A DNA stretch of 32,000 bases from Candidatus Nealsonbacteria bacterium. GTDB taxonomy: Bacteria; Patescibacteriota; Minisyncoccia; Minisyncoccales; MHMH01. Made by a program: the position numbers and the translations under genes. Below the pieces are notes generated by a model. That model saw nothing but the letters and a program-made list of their open reading frames with translations. It was not told the origin of the DNA and made no database searches. The stretch is from contig JBDRKR010000018.1 of NCBI GenBank assembly GCA_043813805.1, positions 3,289 through 35,288 of the forward strand, given 5' to 3'. Shown here in pieces: positions 15,873 to 24,791 of this stretch (position 1 is the stretch's first letter; each line of letters opens with the position of its first letter).

Positions 15873-16993
15873 GTCAAATAGTTGATGATATAGCCGGCGA
15901 TGATTTTGGCTGAATCGATTCGCGAAAACTCTTTGGCCCGCTGGGACATTTTTTGAAGCTCATCGGGATTCGCGAACAAGTACTTTATTTTTTCCAAAAA
16001 GAACCGCGGCGTTAAGTTTGCTTCTTCCATCACTACGGCCGTTTTATTCTGGGCGTAAGCGTAAGCGTTTTTCAATTGATGGTCTTGCGCCGAAGACGAC
16101 AAAGGAATTAAAATGCTCGGTTTTTGGCATGCTGCGATTTCAAAAATACTGCCGCCCCCTGCTCGACTGATCACCAGATCGCACGCTTTGAAGGCGTCCC
16201 TCAGTTCAACTTCTTTCAAAAAGCCGATGGGGTGATAACGTCGGGCAAGTTTTTCATCAACAACCATCACCTTGGCTTCGGCTTTCAGCTGCTCTATATT
16301 TTTACTGCCCGTTTGGTGGATGATTTCAAAGTCGGTCAAAAGCTGGGGCAAAATTGCGAGCAGCAAGTCATTGACGGCTTGAGCCCCTTGAGAGCCGCCC
16401 AGTACCAGAATAATGGGTTTTTCTCCGGTTAAATCAAAGTATTCTTTGGCCTTTTCTGCATTGCCGTTCAAAAGTTCAACGCGCATGGGGTTGCCCACGG
16501 CAATCATTTTTTCTTCTGAAAAGTATTCGGTTTGAGCTATGGGGAAGGCGACGAAAATCTGCCGGGTGAATTTACTCATAAACTTATTGGCCAATCCCGG
16601 AGCCACGTCTGATTCGTGAAGGATAATCGGCACCTGTAAGACTTGGCCGGTCAAAACCGTAGCAAGCGAGCCGTAACCCCCCTTGCTGAAAATTAAATCC
16701 GGAGCCAAAGTAAAAACATAAAAGAACGATTGGAAAAATCCCAGAGGCATTTTGAATAAAACATCAATAATATTTTGCAGGATATTTTTCCAGCCCAAAT
16801 ATCTCCTGATTTTGCCGGCTAAAATCCATTTTATTCTGATGCCTTCCTGTGAAAGGATAATTTCTCCGAAATCATCTTTCGGTCCGGCATAAAAGAATTC
16901 GGCGTCAGAGCCCATTTTTCTCAATTCTCTGACGATGGCGATAATCGGGAAGATGTGTCCGGCGGTGCCTCCGCCGGTAAAAAGTATTTTCAT
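15866..16993 (-). CDS. murG: UDP-GlcNAc:undecaprenyl-PP-MurNAc-pentapeptide GlcNAc transferase
   Basis: FTGGGTAGHIFPIIAIVREL; VLGGSQGAQAVNDLL; ISRAGGGSIFEIAACQKPSILIPL. Confidence 0.96.
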   Translation of the reverse strand: MKILFTGGGTAGHIFPIIAIVRELRKMGSDAEFFYAGPKDDFGEIILSQEGIRIKWILAGKIRRYLGWKNILQNIIDVLFKMPLGFFQSFFYVFTLAPDLIFSKGGYGSLATVLTGQVLQVPIILHESDVAPGLANKFMSKFTRQIFVAFPIAQTEYFSEEKMIAVGNPMRVELLNGNAEKAKEYFDLTGEKPIILVLGGSQGAQAVNDLLLAILPQLLTDFEIIHQTGSKNIEQLKAEAKVMVVDEKLARRYHPIGFLKEVELRDAFKACDLVISRAGGGSIFEIAACQKPSILIPLSSSAQDHQLKNAYAYAQNKTAVVMEEANLTPRFFLEKIKYLFANPDELQKMSQRAKEFSRIDSAKIIAGYIINYLTR

Positions 16994-18084
16994 GATTTGG
17001 TGTGTTTAGAAATATTAAGCAAAATTCCAACGCCGACCAGCTCTGTCACGAGAGCCGACCCGCCGTAGCTGACAAACGGCAAGGGAACGCCGGTAAGCGG
17101 CAGAATTTTCAGCATGGCGCCGATGTTGATAAAGGCCTGGACGCTCAACCAGCTGATAATACCTAAAGCGGTCAGTTTCTCAAAATTGTTTTTGGCATTT
17201 TTGGCGATTTTAAATCCTAACCAGGTAATAATTAAAAATAGCGAGATGATCACCAGGCAGCCGACAAAGCCCGTTTCTTCGGCAAAGACGGCGAAAATCG
17301 AATCGGCCATCGGTTCGGGCAAATAGCCGAACTTCTGGACGCTCATCCCCAAGCCCGTGCCGAAAATTCCTCCCGATCCCACGGCGATCAGCGCTTGTTT
17401 GGTTTGCAAACCGACACCCATCGGATCTTTATCCAGATTGAAAAGAACCAAAAACCTGTCTAAACGGTAAGAGGCGGTTTTAACAAAAACAACCAAGCCG
17501 GCCATTCCCCCCAAAAGAATGATGGCCGCATGTTTTAAGGGCGTACCGGCCAGAAAATACATTAAAAATCCGGTAGTCATAATTATCCCAAGAGTTCCCA
17601 CGTCCGGCTGAAAGAATAAGAGCAACGTGATTGTTCCGATGATTGCCAAAAAAGCCGCTAAAGTTTTTGTAAATTCTTTTTTAGTTCTTTCCGTCTGCGC
17701 GGACAACAGCGAAGCCAGATAAAGAATAAAGATTAATTTTAATGATTCAGCCGGCTGAAAGGTGGTGAAGCCTAAATTGAGCCAACTTTTGGCATTGCCC
17801 AATTTAATGCCGATCACTGGCACAAAAACCAGCACCATCAGAAAAAGATTGATTAAAAGCAGGAGCGGCACCCATTTTTTTAAGCGCATCAGGGGCGCTT
17901 TGTAAGCGATAAATCCGAAGATTACTCCCGGTATCAGGCCCAAAAAAAGATGGCGGATAAGATAAAAAACTGAAGAACCGAATTTCTGCTGGGCGATAGC
18001 CGCCGTGACGCTCGTAATAATCGAAATGCCCAATAACACTAAACAAGCCACCGCGGCGATTAAAAAATAATCAGACCTTTTCAT
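16990..18084 (-). CDS. ftsW: SEDS family lipid II polymerase/flippase-like protein
   Basis: Multi-pass; GAKSWLNLG...FQPAESLKL; FAEETGFVGC; GVPLPFVSYGGSALVTELVGVGILLNI. Confidence 0.93.
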   Translation of the reverse strand: MKRSDYFLIAAVACLVLLGISIITSVTAAIAQQKFGSSVFYLIRHLFLGLIPGVIFGFIAYKAPLMRLKKWVPLLLLINLFLMVLVFVPVIGIKLGNAKSWLNLGFTTFQPAESLKLIFILYLASLLSAQTERTKKEFTKTLAAFLAIIGTITLLLFFQPDVGTLGIIMTTGFLMYFLAGTPLKHAAIILLGGMAGLVVFVKTASYRLDRFLVLFNLDKDPMGVGLQTKQALIAVGSGGIFGTGLGMSVQKFGYLPEPMADSIFAVFAEETGFVGCLVIISLFLIITWLGFKIAKNAKNNFEKLTALGIISWLSVQAFINIGAMLKILPLTGVPLPFVSYGGSALVTELVGVGILLNISKHTKS

Positions 18085-18090
18085 ACGTTT

Positions 18091-18765
18091 TCATTTTAAC
18101 AGATATTTTTCAAGTAAGCGACTGATGTGCTCTCTGAATCCTATTTGCTCTTTAATGGAGTTATAAACTTCAAGGGCAATTATTTTCCCGAAGGCGTATT
18201 GGGGCAAAGTGGTTAAATAATCAAAAGAACCTAAGTCTTTAACGAGATGAATGTCTTTCATCTCCGAGGGGTCGTAACCGTTAAGATGATTGCACGCGAT
18301 TTCTGCCCGGTTTTTTTTGAAAAAGATGTAAGACGCCTCTTCCGTTCCTCGGCTTATAGCCGCTTTAAAGTGCGCCAGGTCCACGCAAAATCCGCCGATT
18401 CTTCTTACTTTGACGTCTTTGGCGATCTCATCGTTAAAATTCATTTCGAGATAGAGCTTGTCCCAGTAACCTTTCCACTGATTGAGTTTTTTAAAATGGT
18501 CTTCATGGATGTTAAAATACCTGGTTTTGAACCGGTCGATGAAAAACTTCATTTCTTCTTTCCGAACATCGTCCCGTAAATGCACAAAAGGCACGGTTTT
18601 TACCGTTGATTTCAAAAGCAGACGATAAAAATTATCCCTTTCTTTTTTATCAAAAGATTCCAGAAATACGGCTATTTCGCCTATTTTTCTGGCGTTGATT
18701 TCCTTGAGTTTGTTTGCCCAATCAAAACTTTCTTGGCCGGTGATGCTTAAGAGAATTTTAGTCAT
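18091..18765 (-). CDS. Uncharacterised TIM-barrel-like protein, paralog of 5461..6162
   Basis: VHLRDD, FNIHEDH, YLEMNF, IGGFCVDLAHFK, CNHLNG, DIHLVKDLGSFDYL, IALEVYNSIKEQ, in the same order as the other copy. Lies between ftsW and murD2-like; overlaps the latter by 8 nt. Confidence 0.65.
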   Translation of the reverse strand: MTKILLSITGQESFDWANKLKEINARKIGEIAVFLESFDKKERDNFYRLLLKSTVKTVPFVHLRDDVRKEEMKFFIDRFKTRYFNIHEDHFKKLNQWKGYWDKLYLEMNFNDEIAKDVKVRRIGGFCVDLAHFKAAISRGTEEASYIFFKKNRAEIACNHLNGYDPSEMKDIHLVKDLGSFDYLTTLPQYAFGKIIALEVYNSIKEQIGFREHISRLLEKYLLK

Positions 18766-19990
18766 GGTATTTTTCCACCATTTTTTTAAATATATTCCCT
18801 CTTTCAGCGTAATCCTTAAAAATGCCGAAGCTCGGCGAGGCCGGCGACATCAGGCATATTTTATCTTTGCCGGTATGTTGGTACGCCAGCTTTACCGCCG
18901 TCGCCATATTTTTTACAAAAAAATATTGGAAATTGGAAATTGGAAATTGGAAATTTTCGATGGCTTTAATGATTCGTGCACCGGTAGTTGGAAATAAAAT
19001 AAGCGTTTTTATATCGCTCTTGAGTAGTCTTTTTGCTAAGCCATCGAACGATAGTCCCCTGTCAAATCCGCCCAAGATTAAGGTTTGAACTTCGTTTCCG
19101 AGAAAGTCCAGAGCTTCGATGGTTGTTTCAGGTATGGTCGATAAAGAATCGTTGTAAAACTCAATTCCTTTGAATTTGCCGACATACTCTAAGCGGTGCG
19201 GCAGGAATTCAAACTTTTTTAACTCGGGCACTTTGAATATCTTGGCCACGGCTTTGGCCGCCGCGATATCGAGTTCGTAATACTTTCCTTTAATGGGGGC
19301 TTTCTTTGCTTTTGATGTTTTGGCTATTTTTCCGACCTCTTTGTCTTGGGAATTATATATCAGATAATCGTTTTTGGTTTGGAATTTCGCGATGTTAGAT
19401 TTGGCTCCTGCGTATTCTTTGAAATTGCGGTAATAGTCCAAGTGCTCCGGGTAGATGTTCAGCAAAATGGCAATTTTAGGACTTTTTTTCAAGTTATAGA
19501 GTTGGTGCGCCGACAATTCGTAGACAAAAATTGATTGAGGTTCAGCCTCGTTTAAAAAGGAAAGGACGGGCTGGCCGATGTTGCCTATCAAATGGGCTTT
19601 GAGGCCCGCTTTTTTCAGCGTTTGGTAAATAAAAGAGGCGGTGGTGCTTTTACCCTTGGTGCCCGTCACCCCGATGATTGTCCCGGGGCAGTTATCAAAA
19701 AAAATATCAGTTTGCGTGATTATCTTGTCGAGGCTCGACTCCGGCAATATTTTAAAAGGAATGCCCGGCGTTTTAATAATTACATCATAATCCTTAATCG
19801 AGCTGAGATAGCTCTTCCCCAAATGCCATTTTATGTTTTTATCAGATGAAAGAGGTTTGACCTCTGTCATATCGGCGATGCCCAGAACTTTTTTTGGGAA
19901 CAATTTACGCAGAAACTTAAAAGTGTCTTGGCCCTCCCGGCCAAAACCAAGTATCAATATCTTTTTATCTTTTAACTCGTTTGATTCCAT
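18758..19990 (-). CDS. Mur ligase, MurD/MurD2-like (UDP-MurNAc-L-Ala:glutamate ligase)
   Basis: IGVTGTKGKSTTASFIYQTLKKAG; VYELSAHQLYNL; NIYPEHLDYYRNFKEY; LPHRLEYVG; ILGGFDRGL. Adjacent to a MurL-like gene. Confidence 0.85.
   Translation of the reverse strand: MESNELKDKKILILGFGREGQDTFKFLRKLFPKKVLGIADMTEVKPLSSDKNIKWHLGKSYLSSIKDYDVIIKTPGIPFKILPESSLDKIITQTDIFFDNCPGTIIGVTGTKGKSTTASFIYQTLKKAGLKAHLIGNIGQPVLSFLNEAEPQSIFVYELSAHQLYNLKKSPKIAILLNIYPEHLDYYRNFKEYAGAKSNIAKFQTKNDYLIYNSQDKEVGKIAKTSKAKKAPIKGKYYELDIAAAKAVAKIFKVPELKKFEFLPHRLEYVGKFKGIEFYNDSLSTIPETTIEALDFLGNEVQTLILGGFDRGLSFDGLAKRLLKSDIKTLILFPTTGARIIKAIENFQFPISNFQYFFVKNMATAVKLAYQHTGKDKICLMSPASPSFGIFKDYAERGNIFKKMVEKYHD
18926..18953. repeat. Tandem heptanucleotide repeat (TTGGAAA)x4 within the Mur ligase CDS
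   Basis: Read directly: TTGGAAATTGGAAATTGGAAATTGGAAA. Encodes NFQFPISNFQ on the minus strand. Confidence 0.9.
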
Positions 19991-21323
19991 CGTATTTCTG
20001 CAAAAGATAGGGGAGGCTTTGGCCTCCTTCTTTTTTCGCCTTAGCCAAACTTAAACGCAAAGCTTCGTTGGTTTCTCGATAAGTGCCAACGCATTCAAAG
20101 GGTTTGTGTTTTCCCTGCCCAAGTAAGCTTTTTAGAGTAGACAGTAAACTTTTTTCTTCAAAGAGGTCTTTACCGAAAATCACCAGAAGTTGTTTTCTGG
20201 TTAAAAAAGGATAAAGCATCAGGTAAACAAAAAGGCACTTAGGGCAATAGCCGCACCATTTTTCCCCGGTTTTCAATCCCTTATTGCAGCTGGAAAAAGC
20301 CGGAAAATACTTCGGGTATTTCGCGAACATTTTGGCGATCTGCAGTTCCGTGTATTTTCTTAGATAACTGAAATAGTTTATGTTTTTCGCCAAATATTTT
20401 TGGCTATAAATCCTAAACATCTTTTCAAACTCGGATGTTTTCGCCCATTGGTGATTGATGGATTTCCCAAAATATATCACATTGCCTTCATTGGCGCTTT
20501 TTTCGTTGGAGAAAGCAATGTTTTTGTAATCAAATAAAACGGCGCAAAAAACCGATAAGAACGAAAGAACGGCGGTAAAAGGAGTGTGGCCGTTAAGATA
20601 TCCCTTGGCGTTTAAAGTCAGAAGTCCTTGGTCGATTTTTCTTTCTACTATTATCGGCGATTTAAGGCCGGCTATTTTGACCGTTTTTTTAGCGGCACGG
20701 GAAGGATTAAGCAAAAAGCAGTTTATTCTCTCATCTTTCTCTTTTAAAAGATTTAAAGTAACAATAGAGTCTTTTCCTCCGCCGACAGGTATCAGATAGC
20801 CTTCTTTCAGCTCAAGATCGGTTGTGCCTAAAGCTGGAGCTGAGATGCTCGGGTTAACGCTGATTTTCAGGAAATCAGGTTCCCGCCAGTCAATTTTATT
20901 CTCGTAGAAAAATTGACCCATGCTCTTGATTATCAGGTTGCGCCACCAGGCCGCCTGATCTTTATCTGGAGCTCCGGCTCTGATAATAATTTCAGGCGAG
21001 CATGTTGTTTTCCAGTAGCTTGGTATTTCCATCAGTCCCAGATGAAAAACGAAGTTGTTTAAGGCTTTTTTATCTAAATGCGAAGCATTCAAGGTTTCTG
21101 TCGAAGACAGGGCTCTTATTTTTCCCAGGCGGCCTTCGGGAATGTTTTTAATGACGATCCTTGGCTTGAAGACAATATCGGGCTCAATTTTAAAGCAGAA
21201 GGAGATTTTCAAATTGCCACTTTTTATACGGTAAGAGTACTTTTGGTAAATGAACGCCGGGTATTTTTTGCGCAAAGTATCCAGTTTCCTATGAAGTGAA
21301 AACGCAGTTTTCATATACCCCAT
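19965..21323 (-). CDS. murL: MurL-like UDP-MurNAc-L-Ala-L-Glu epimerase
   Basis: LIPVGGGKDSIVTLNLLKEKDERINCFLLNPSRAA (PP-loop-like SGGxDS); GHTPFTAVLSFLSVFCAVLFDYKNIAFSNEKSANEGNV; HQWAKTSEFEKMFR; EKWCGYCPKCLFVYLMLYPFL; FECVGTYRETNEAL. Overlaps murD2-like by 26 nt. Confidence 0.85.
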   Translation of the reverse strand: MGYMKTAFSLHRKLDTLRKKYPAFIYQKYSYRIKSGNLKISFCFKIEPDIVFKPRIVIKNIPEGRLGKIRALSSTETLNASHLDKKALNNFVFHLGLMEIPSYWKTTCSPEIIIRAGAPDKDQAAWWRNLIIKSMGQFFYENKIDWREPDFLKISVNPSISAPALGTTDLELKEGYLIPVGGGKDSIVTLNLLKEKDERINCFLLNPSRAAKKTVKIAGLKSPIIVERKIDQGLLTLNAKGYLNGHTPFTAVLSFLSVFCAVLFDYKNIAFSNEKSANEGNVIYFGKSINHQWAKTSEFEKMFRIYSQKYLAKNINYFSYLRKYTELQIAKMFAKYPKYFPAFSSCNKGLKTGEKWCGYCPKCLFVYLMLYPFLTRKQLLVIFGKDLFEEKSLLSTLKSLLGQGKHKPFECVGTYRETNEALRLSLAKAKKEGGQSLPYLLQKYDGIKRVKR

Positions 21324-21373
21324 TATACCCCGTCCATCCGTAGCCCCGCAAGGGGCGAAGGAGGAACAAAAAC

Positions 21374-21420
21374 CCGCCTTCGGTCAAAGGCGGAGATGAA
21401 AGAGGTTTGACCTTTTTCAT
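21374..21420. terminator. Two consecutive hairpins between mraY and murL-like
   Basis: CCGCCTT-CGGTCA-AAGGCGG (21374-21393), then ATGAAAGAGG-TTTGA-CCTTTTTCAT (21396-21420, one G-U pair). Confidence 0.6.
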
Positions 21421-21438
21421 CTTGGGATTGGAATAGAT

Positions 21439-22512
21439 TTAACCTAAAAGGCGGATGCCTATGCCGATGATGGCGCAAACTACGCCGATGATCCAAAATC
21501 TCATTGTGACTTGGTGGGCGGGCCAGCCCTTGGCCTCGAAGTGATGATGGATGGGTGCGGCTAAAAGTATTTTTTTGTGGCGAAATTTTTTGGAAAGCAA
21601 TTGCAAAATAACCGAGCCCGATTCCAGAACCAGCAAGAACCCGATAATGGGCAATACCAAAACAGAGTCAGTCAAAAAAGCCACGACAGTCAAGGCCGCG
21701 CAAAGACCCATCATGCCGGTTTCCCCCATATAAAAGCGGGCCGGCGGAATATTGAACCACAAAAAAGCCAATAGCGCTCCTAAAATCACGGCGCAGAAAG
21801 CGGCGACATTAATTTGTCCCAGAAATAAAGCGATGCCGGCAAACGCTCCGAAAATGGCGGCGAAAGTTCCGCCGGCGAGGCCGTCCAGGCCGTCAATCAC
21901 TCCGCCCGAATAAACAGCCATCATTACGATAATAAACAAGGGCAGATACAAAATGCCTATTTCGAAATCTCCCATGCCCGGTACGTGCAAACTTGACCAC
22001 CCAAGTTTGTAATAGAACCACCAGGCTCCGACGGCGCCAATGACGCCCATGAGCATAATTCTTTGTCCCAAAGTTAATCCTTTCGCGATGTATTTGCCCC
22101 GGCCCAAGACCTGCAAGAAATCATCTAAAAATCCCACTAAAGCGGCCGAAATTAAAGCAAAAAATGGCAGCCAGGTCTGTCCCCGATTAAGAAAGTTAAG
22201 CTTTTCCAGCCACCAAATGTTGATGCCTGTTTTGTGGATCGCATAAAAAAAGAGAGCCAAAAATAAAGGAACCAGCCAAATTAAGAGGCCCCCGAATCTC
22301 GGAATATGGGTTTCGCCTTCAGAGTGGAACTTTTGGAAGTACGTTAAGTCTTTGCCGTCAATCGCCTGGGTCCTCACAGTCTTTCGCCAAAGCTGGTATT
22401 TATATAAAACTTTGGTCAAAAACGGAGTTAATGCAAAAGCAATTAAAAAACTTAACACTCCCAAGGTGAATATTTTAATGACGTCAAGGGCTGCTTCGGG
22501 TAAGTAGAGCAT
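21439..22512 (-). CDS. mraY: Phospho-N-acetylmuramoyl-pentapeptide-transferase
   Basis: IPRFGGLLIWLV; GFLDDFLQVLGR; GGVIDGLDGLAGG; MGETGMMGLCAALTVVAFLTDSV; APIHHHFEAKGW. Confidence 0.95.
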   Translation of the reverse strand: MLYLPEAALDVIKIFTLGVLSFLIAFALTPFLTKVLYKYQLWRKTVRTQAIDGKDLTYFQKFHSEGETHIPRFGGLLIWLVPLFLALFFYAIHKTGINIWWLEKLNFLNRGQTWLPFFALISAALVGFLDDFLQVLGRGKYIAKGLTLGQRIMLMGVIGAVGAWWFYYKLGWSSLHVPGMGDFEIGILYLPLFIIVMMAVYSGGVIDGLDGLAGGTFAAIFGAFAGIALFLGQINVAAFCAVILGALLAFLWFNIPPARFYMGETGMMGLCAALTVVAFLTDSVLVLPIIGFLLVLESGSVILQLLSKKFRHKKILLAAPIHHHFEAKGWPAHQVTMRFWIIGVVCAIIGIGIRLLG

Positions 22513-22515
22513 AAA

Positions 22516-23490
22516 TTACCACCGGTAAGCTTCTCTTTCCCAATTAATTAGCTTTTCCATTTCGCTGAAACGGTCAGCCTTAGTCCCTAAAATAACATTG
22601 ATGATCCGCCCCTTGCCATTGGGCGCTTCCACTACCAGGACAAAACAACCAAGGGCCGTGTCGGTATAGCCGGTTTTTCCGCCGATGATTCCGGGAATCA
22701 CTCCCAAAAGCTTATTGGTGCTGATAAGGGTTTCGCCGTAAAGATTGATTTTGGGAGTTGAAAGAATTTCCCAAACCAGAGGGGCTGTAAGCAAATGTTT
22801 CGTCAATTGCGATAAATCGCGGGCGCTGGAAACATTGATCTTTTCTTTTGGTTCCTGAGCTTCCGGGTCAAGGCCGCTTGAATTGACAAAGCGAGTGTTG
22901 CTCAAATTCAGACTTTTAGCGTTTTCATTCATCATTCCGACGAAAACTTTCTCATCTACGCCGTCATAGTCGTTAGCCAGTGCAAATGCGGCGTCGTTGC
23001 TTGATTCCATAAGCAGCGGATAAAGCAGCTGTTGTACGGTTAAAACGTCCCCGATCCTTAATTTTCCAAAATCTTCTTCTTGCGAAACCGCCTCTTTGGT
23101 AATAACAATCTCCTTTGTTAAATCGTAGTTTTTTAAAATAACATCAACTGTCGTCAACTTGCTTAAGCTGGCAATAGGCAGAGCTTCATCAGGGTTTTTT
23201 TCAAAAAGTATTTTTTCTCCGCCCCGATTATTCAATAAAACAGAAATCACGGCTCGGGCCTCAATCTCCGGATTTTCGACGGAATTATTCCGAATGGGTT
23301 TAGCATCTCTTATCAGTTGGATGAATTCCATTTGGTTGGCTTGGGCGGCCAGTATTTTGGGATTTGAAGCGAATTCCCGGCCTAAGAAAAATCCCTCCAA
23401 GTCTTGTTCTAAAAAATTAGCGCCCCACGTTGCGGAAGAAATAAAAACCAAAGCGATCAGGAAAAATTTTAGATTATTGGTAAAAGTCAT
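22516..23490 (-). CDS. Serine-type D-Ala-D-Ala carboxypeptidase (PBP5/6 type)
   Basis: SLSKL (SxxK), SSNDAA (SxN), GGKTGYTDTA (KTG); N-terminal signal-like helix. Confidence 0.93.
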   Translation of the reverse strand: MTFTNNLKFFLIALVFISSATWGANFLEQDLEGFFLGREFASNPKILAAQANQMEFIQLIRDAKPIRNNSVENPEIEARAVISVLLNNRGGEKILFEKNPDEALPIASLSKLTTVDVILKNYDLTKEIVITKEAVSQEEDFGKLRIGDVLTVQQLLYPLLMESSNDAAFALANDYDGVDEKVFVGMMNENAKSLNLSNTRFVNSSGLDPEAQEPKEKINVSSARDLSQLTKHLLTAPLVWEILSTPKINLYGETLISTNKLLGVIPGIIGGKTGYTDTALGCFVLVVEAPNGKGRIINVILGTKADRFSEMEKLINWEREAYRW

Positions 23491-24791
23491 TTTTTCTTTG
23501 TTTTTAACTTATTATCAATCCTTTCCATGTCTCTGGGGAAAGGCGAAGCCTCTCTGATATTTTTCAAGTTTAAAATCTGTTTGATGATTCTTTCGAGCCC
23601 GAACGCAAACCCGCCTTCGGGCGGCATGCCGTATTTGAAGGCCTGCAGGTAGAAAGAAAAAGTGTCGGTTTTATTGCCCCACTTTTTGATATTTTGCACT
23701 AATTTGTCGTATTCGTTGATTCTCTGTCCGCCCGTGATGATTTCCAGTCCCCTGCATAAAACATCAAAGCTTAAAGTATAATCAGGGTCGGCCGGATCTT
23801 CAAGAGTGTAAAAAGGCCTTTTTAGGGTCGGGTAATGCGTGATGAAAATTACGTCCGAACCGTATTTCTCCTTGGCCCAAAGGCAGATTTCCTGCTCGTC
23901 TTCGGGTGACAGATCGGGTTCTTTAAGATTGTTGCGGTCTGTTCTTTCGAGAATGATTTTTTGGGCCTCCCGCATTTTAATTCTGGGAATTTCGCGGCCA
24001 AGTTCAGGAACATCAACCGTAAGCTGTTTTAAATCAGCGAACATATTTCTGATGATGGTTTCGCAAGTTTCCATCAAATCCTGCCAAGAATCAATAAAGG
24101 CCATTTCCGCGTCCAAGCTCGTAAACTCGGCGATGTGGCGCGTGGTTACCGAGGGTTCTGCTCTGTAAACGTGGGCAACCGTGAAAACTCTTTCAAAGGC
24201 TCCCAGCATGATTTGTTTGTAGATTTGTGGGCTTTGGGCTAAATACGCGTCATATTTGTAGTAATCGAGATGAAAAACATCCGCTCCTCCCTCAGCCACC
24301 ACCGGTACGATGTTGGGAGACTGGAATTCGGTGAAGTCCAGAGATTTCAACGTTTTTCTGAAACTTTCTACAATATTTTCCCCCACTTTGAAAATATTTT
24401 TAATCTCGGGGTTTCTGATCATTAAAGGACGATAATCCAAGAGAGTCGGCAGATTAAGGTTCAGGTCTTTTTCCATGAGGTCAAAAGGCAGCGAAGCGGA
24501 TTTAGCTAAAATTTTGACTTCTTTTGCCTGCAATTCGACTTCTCCTGTCGCCATATCTTTATTGCCGGTTTGGCCCGGACGTTTTTTAACAAGACCCGCT
24601 ATTTCCAGAACATATTCTTCCTTGATCCCCTCGATCAGGGCCGGCGGGCAGACTACCTGTAAAACGCCGGTCCTGTCCCGCAGATCAATAAAAACAATCT
24701 TGCCGTGGTCGCGTCTCGTATTGACCCAACCCGCAATCCGGACCTCTTGGTCTAAATATTGAGGCGTTTCTTTGTTTAAAATTCTTTTCAT
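23487..24791 (-). CDS. aspS: Aspartyl-tRNA synthetase, archaeal-type short form without a bacterial GAD insertion
   Basis: GWVNTRRDHGKIVFIDLRDRTGVLQVVC; LAQSPQIYKQIMLGAFERVFTVAHVYRAEPSVTTRHIAEFTSLDAEM; GGQRINEYDKLV; GMPPEGGFAFGLERI; 434 aa. Confidence 0.92.
   Translation of the reverse strand: MKRILNKETPQYLDQEVRIAGWVNTRRDHGKIVFIDLRDRTGVLQVVCPPALIEGIKEEYVLEIAGLVKKRPGQTGNKDMATGEVELQAKEVKILAKSASLPFDLMEKDLNLNLPTLLDYRPLMIRNPEIKNIFKVGENIVESFRKTLKSLDFTEFQSPNIVPVVAEGGADVFHLDYYKYDAYLAQSPQIYKQIMLGAFERVFTVAHVYRAEPSVTTRHIAEFTSLDAEMAFIDSWQDLMETCETIIRNMFADLKQLTVDVPELGREIPRIKMREAQKIILERTDRNNLKEPDLSPEDEQEICLWAKEKYGSDVIFITHYPTLKRPFYTLEDPADPDYTLSFDVLCRGLEIITGGQRINEYDKLVQNIKKWGNKTDTFSFYLQAFKYGMPPEGGFAFGLERIIKQILNLKNIREASPFPRDMERIDNKLKTKKK

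Noticed and set aside
18926-18953. CRISPR-like repeat
   Set aside because: Uninterrupted 7-nt tandem repeat with no spacers, within a coding sequence.
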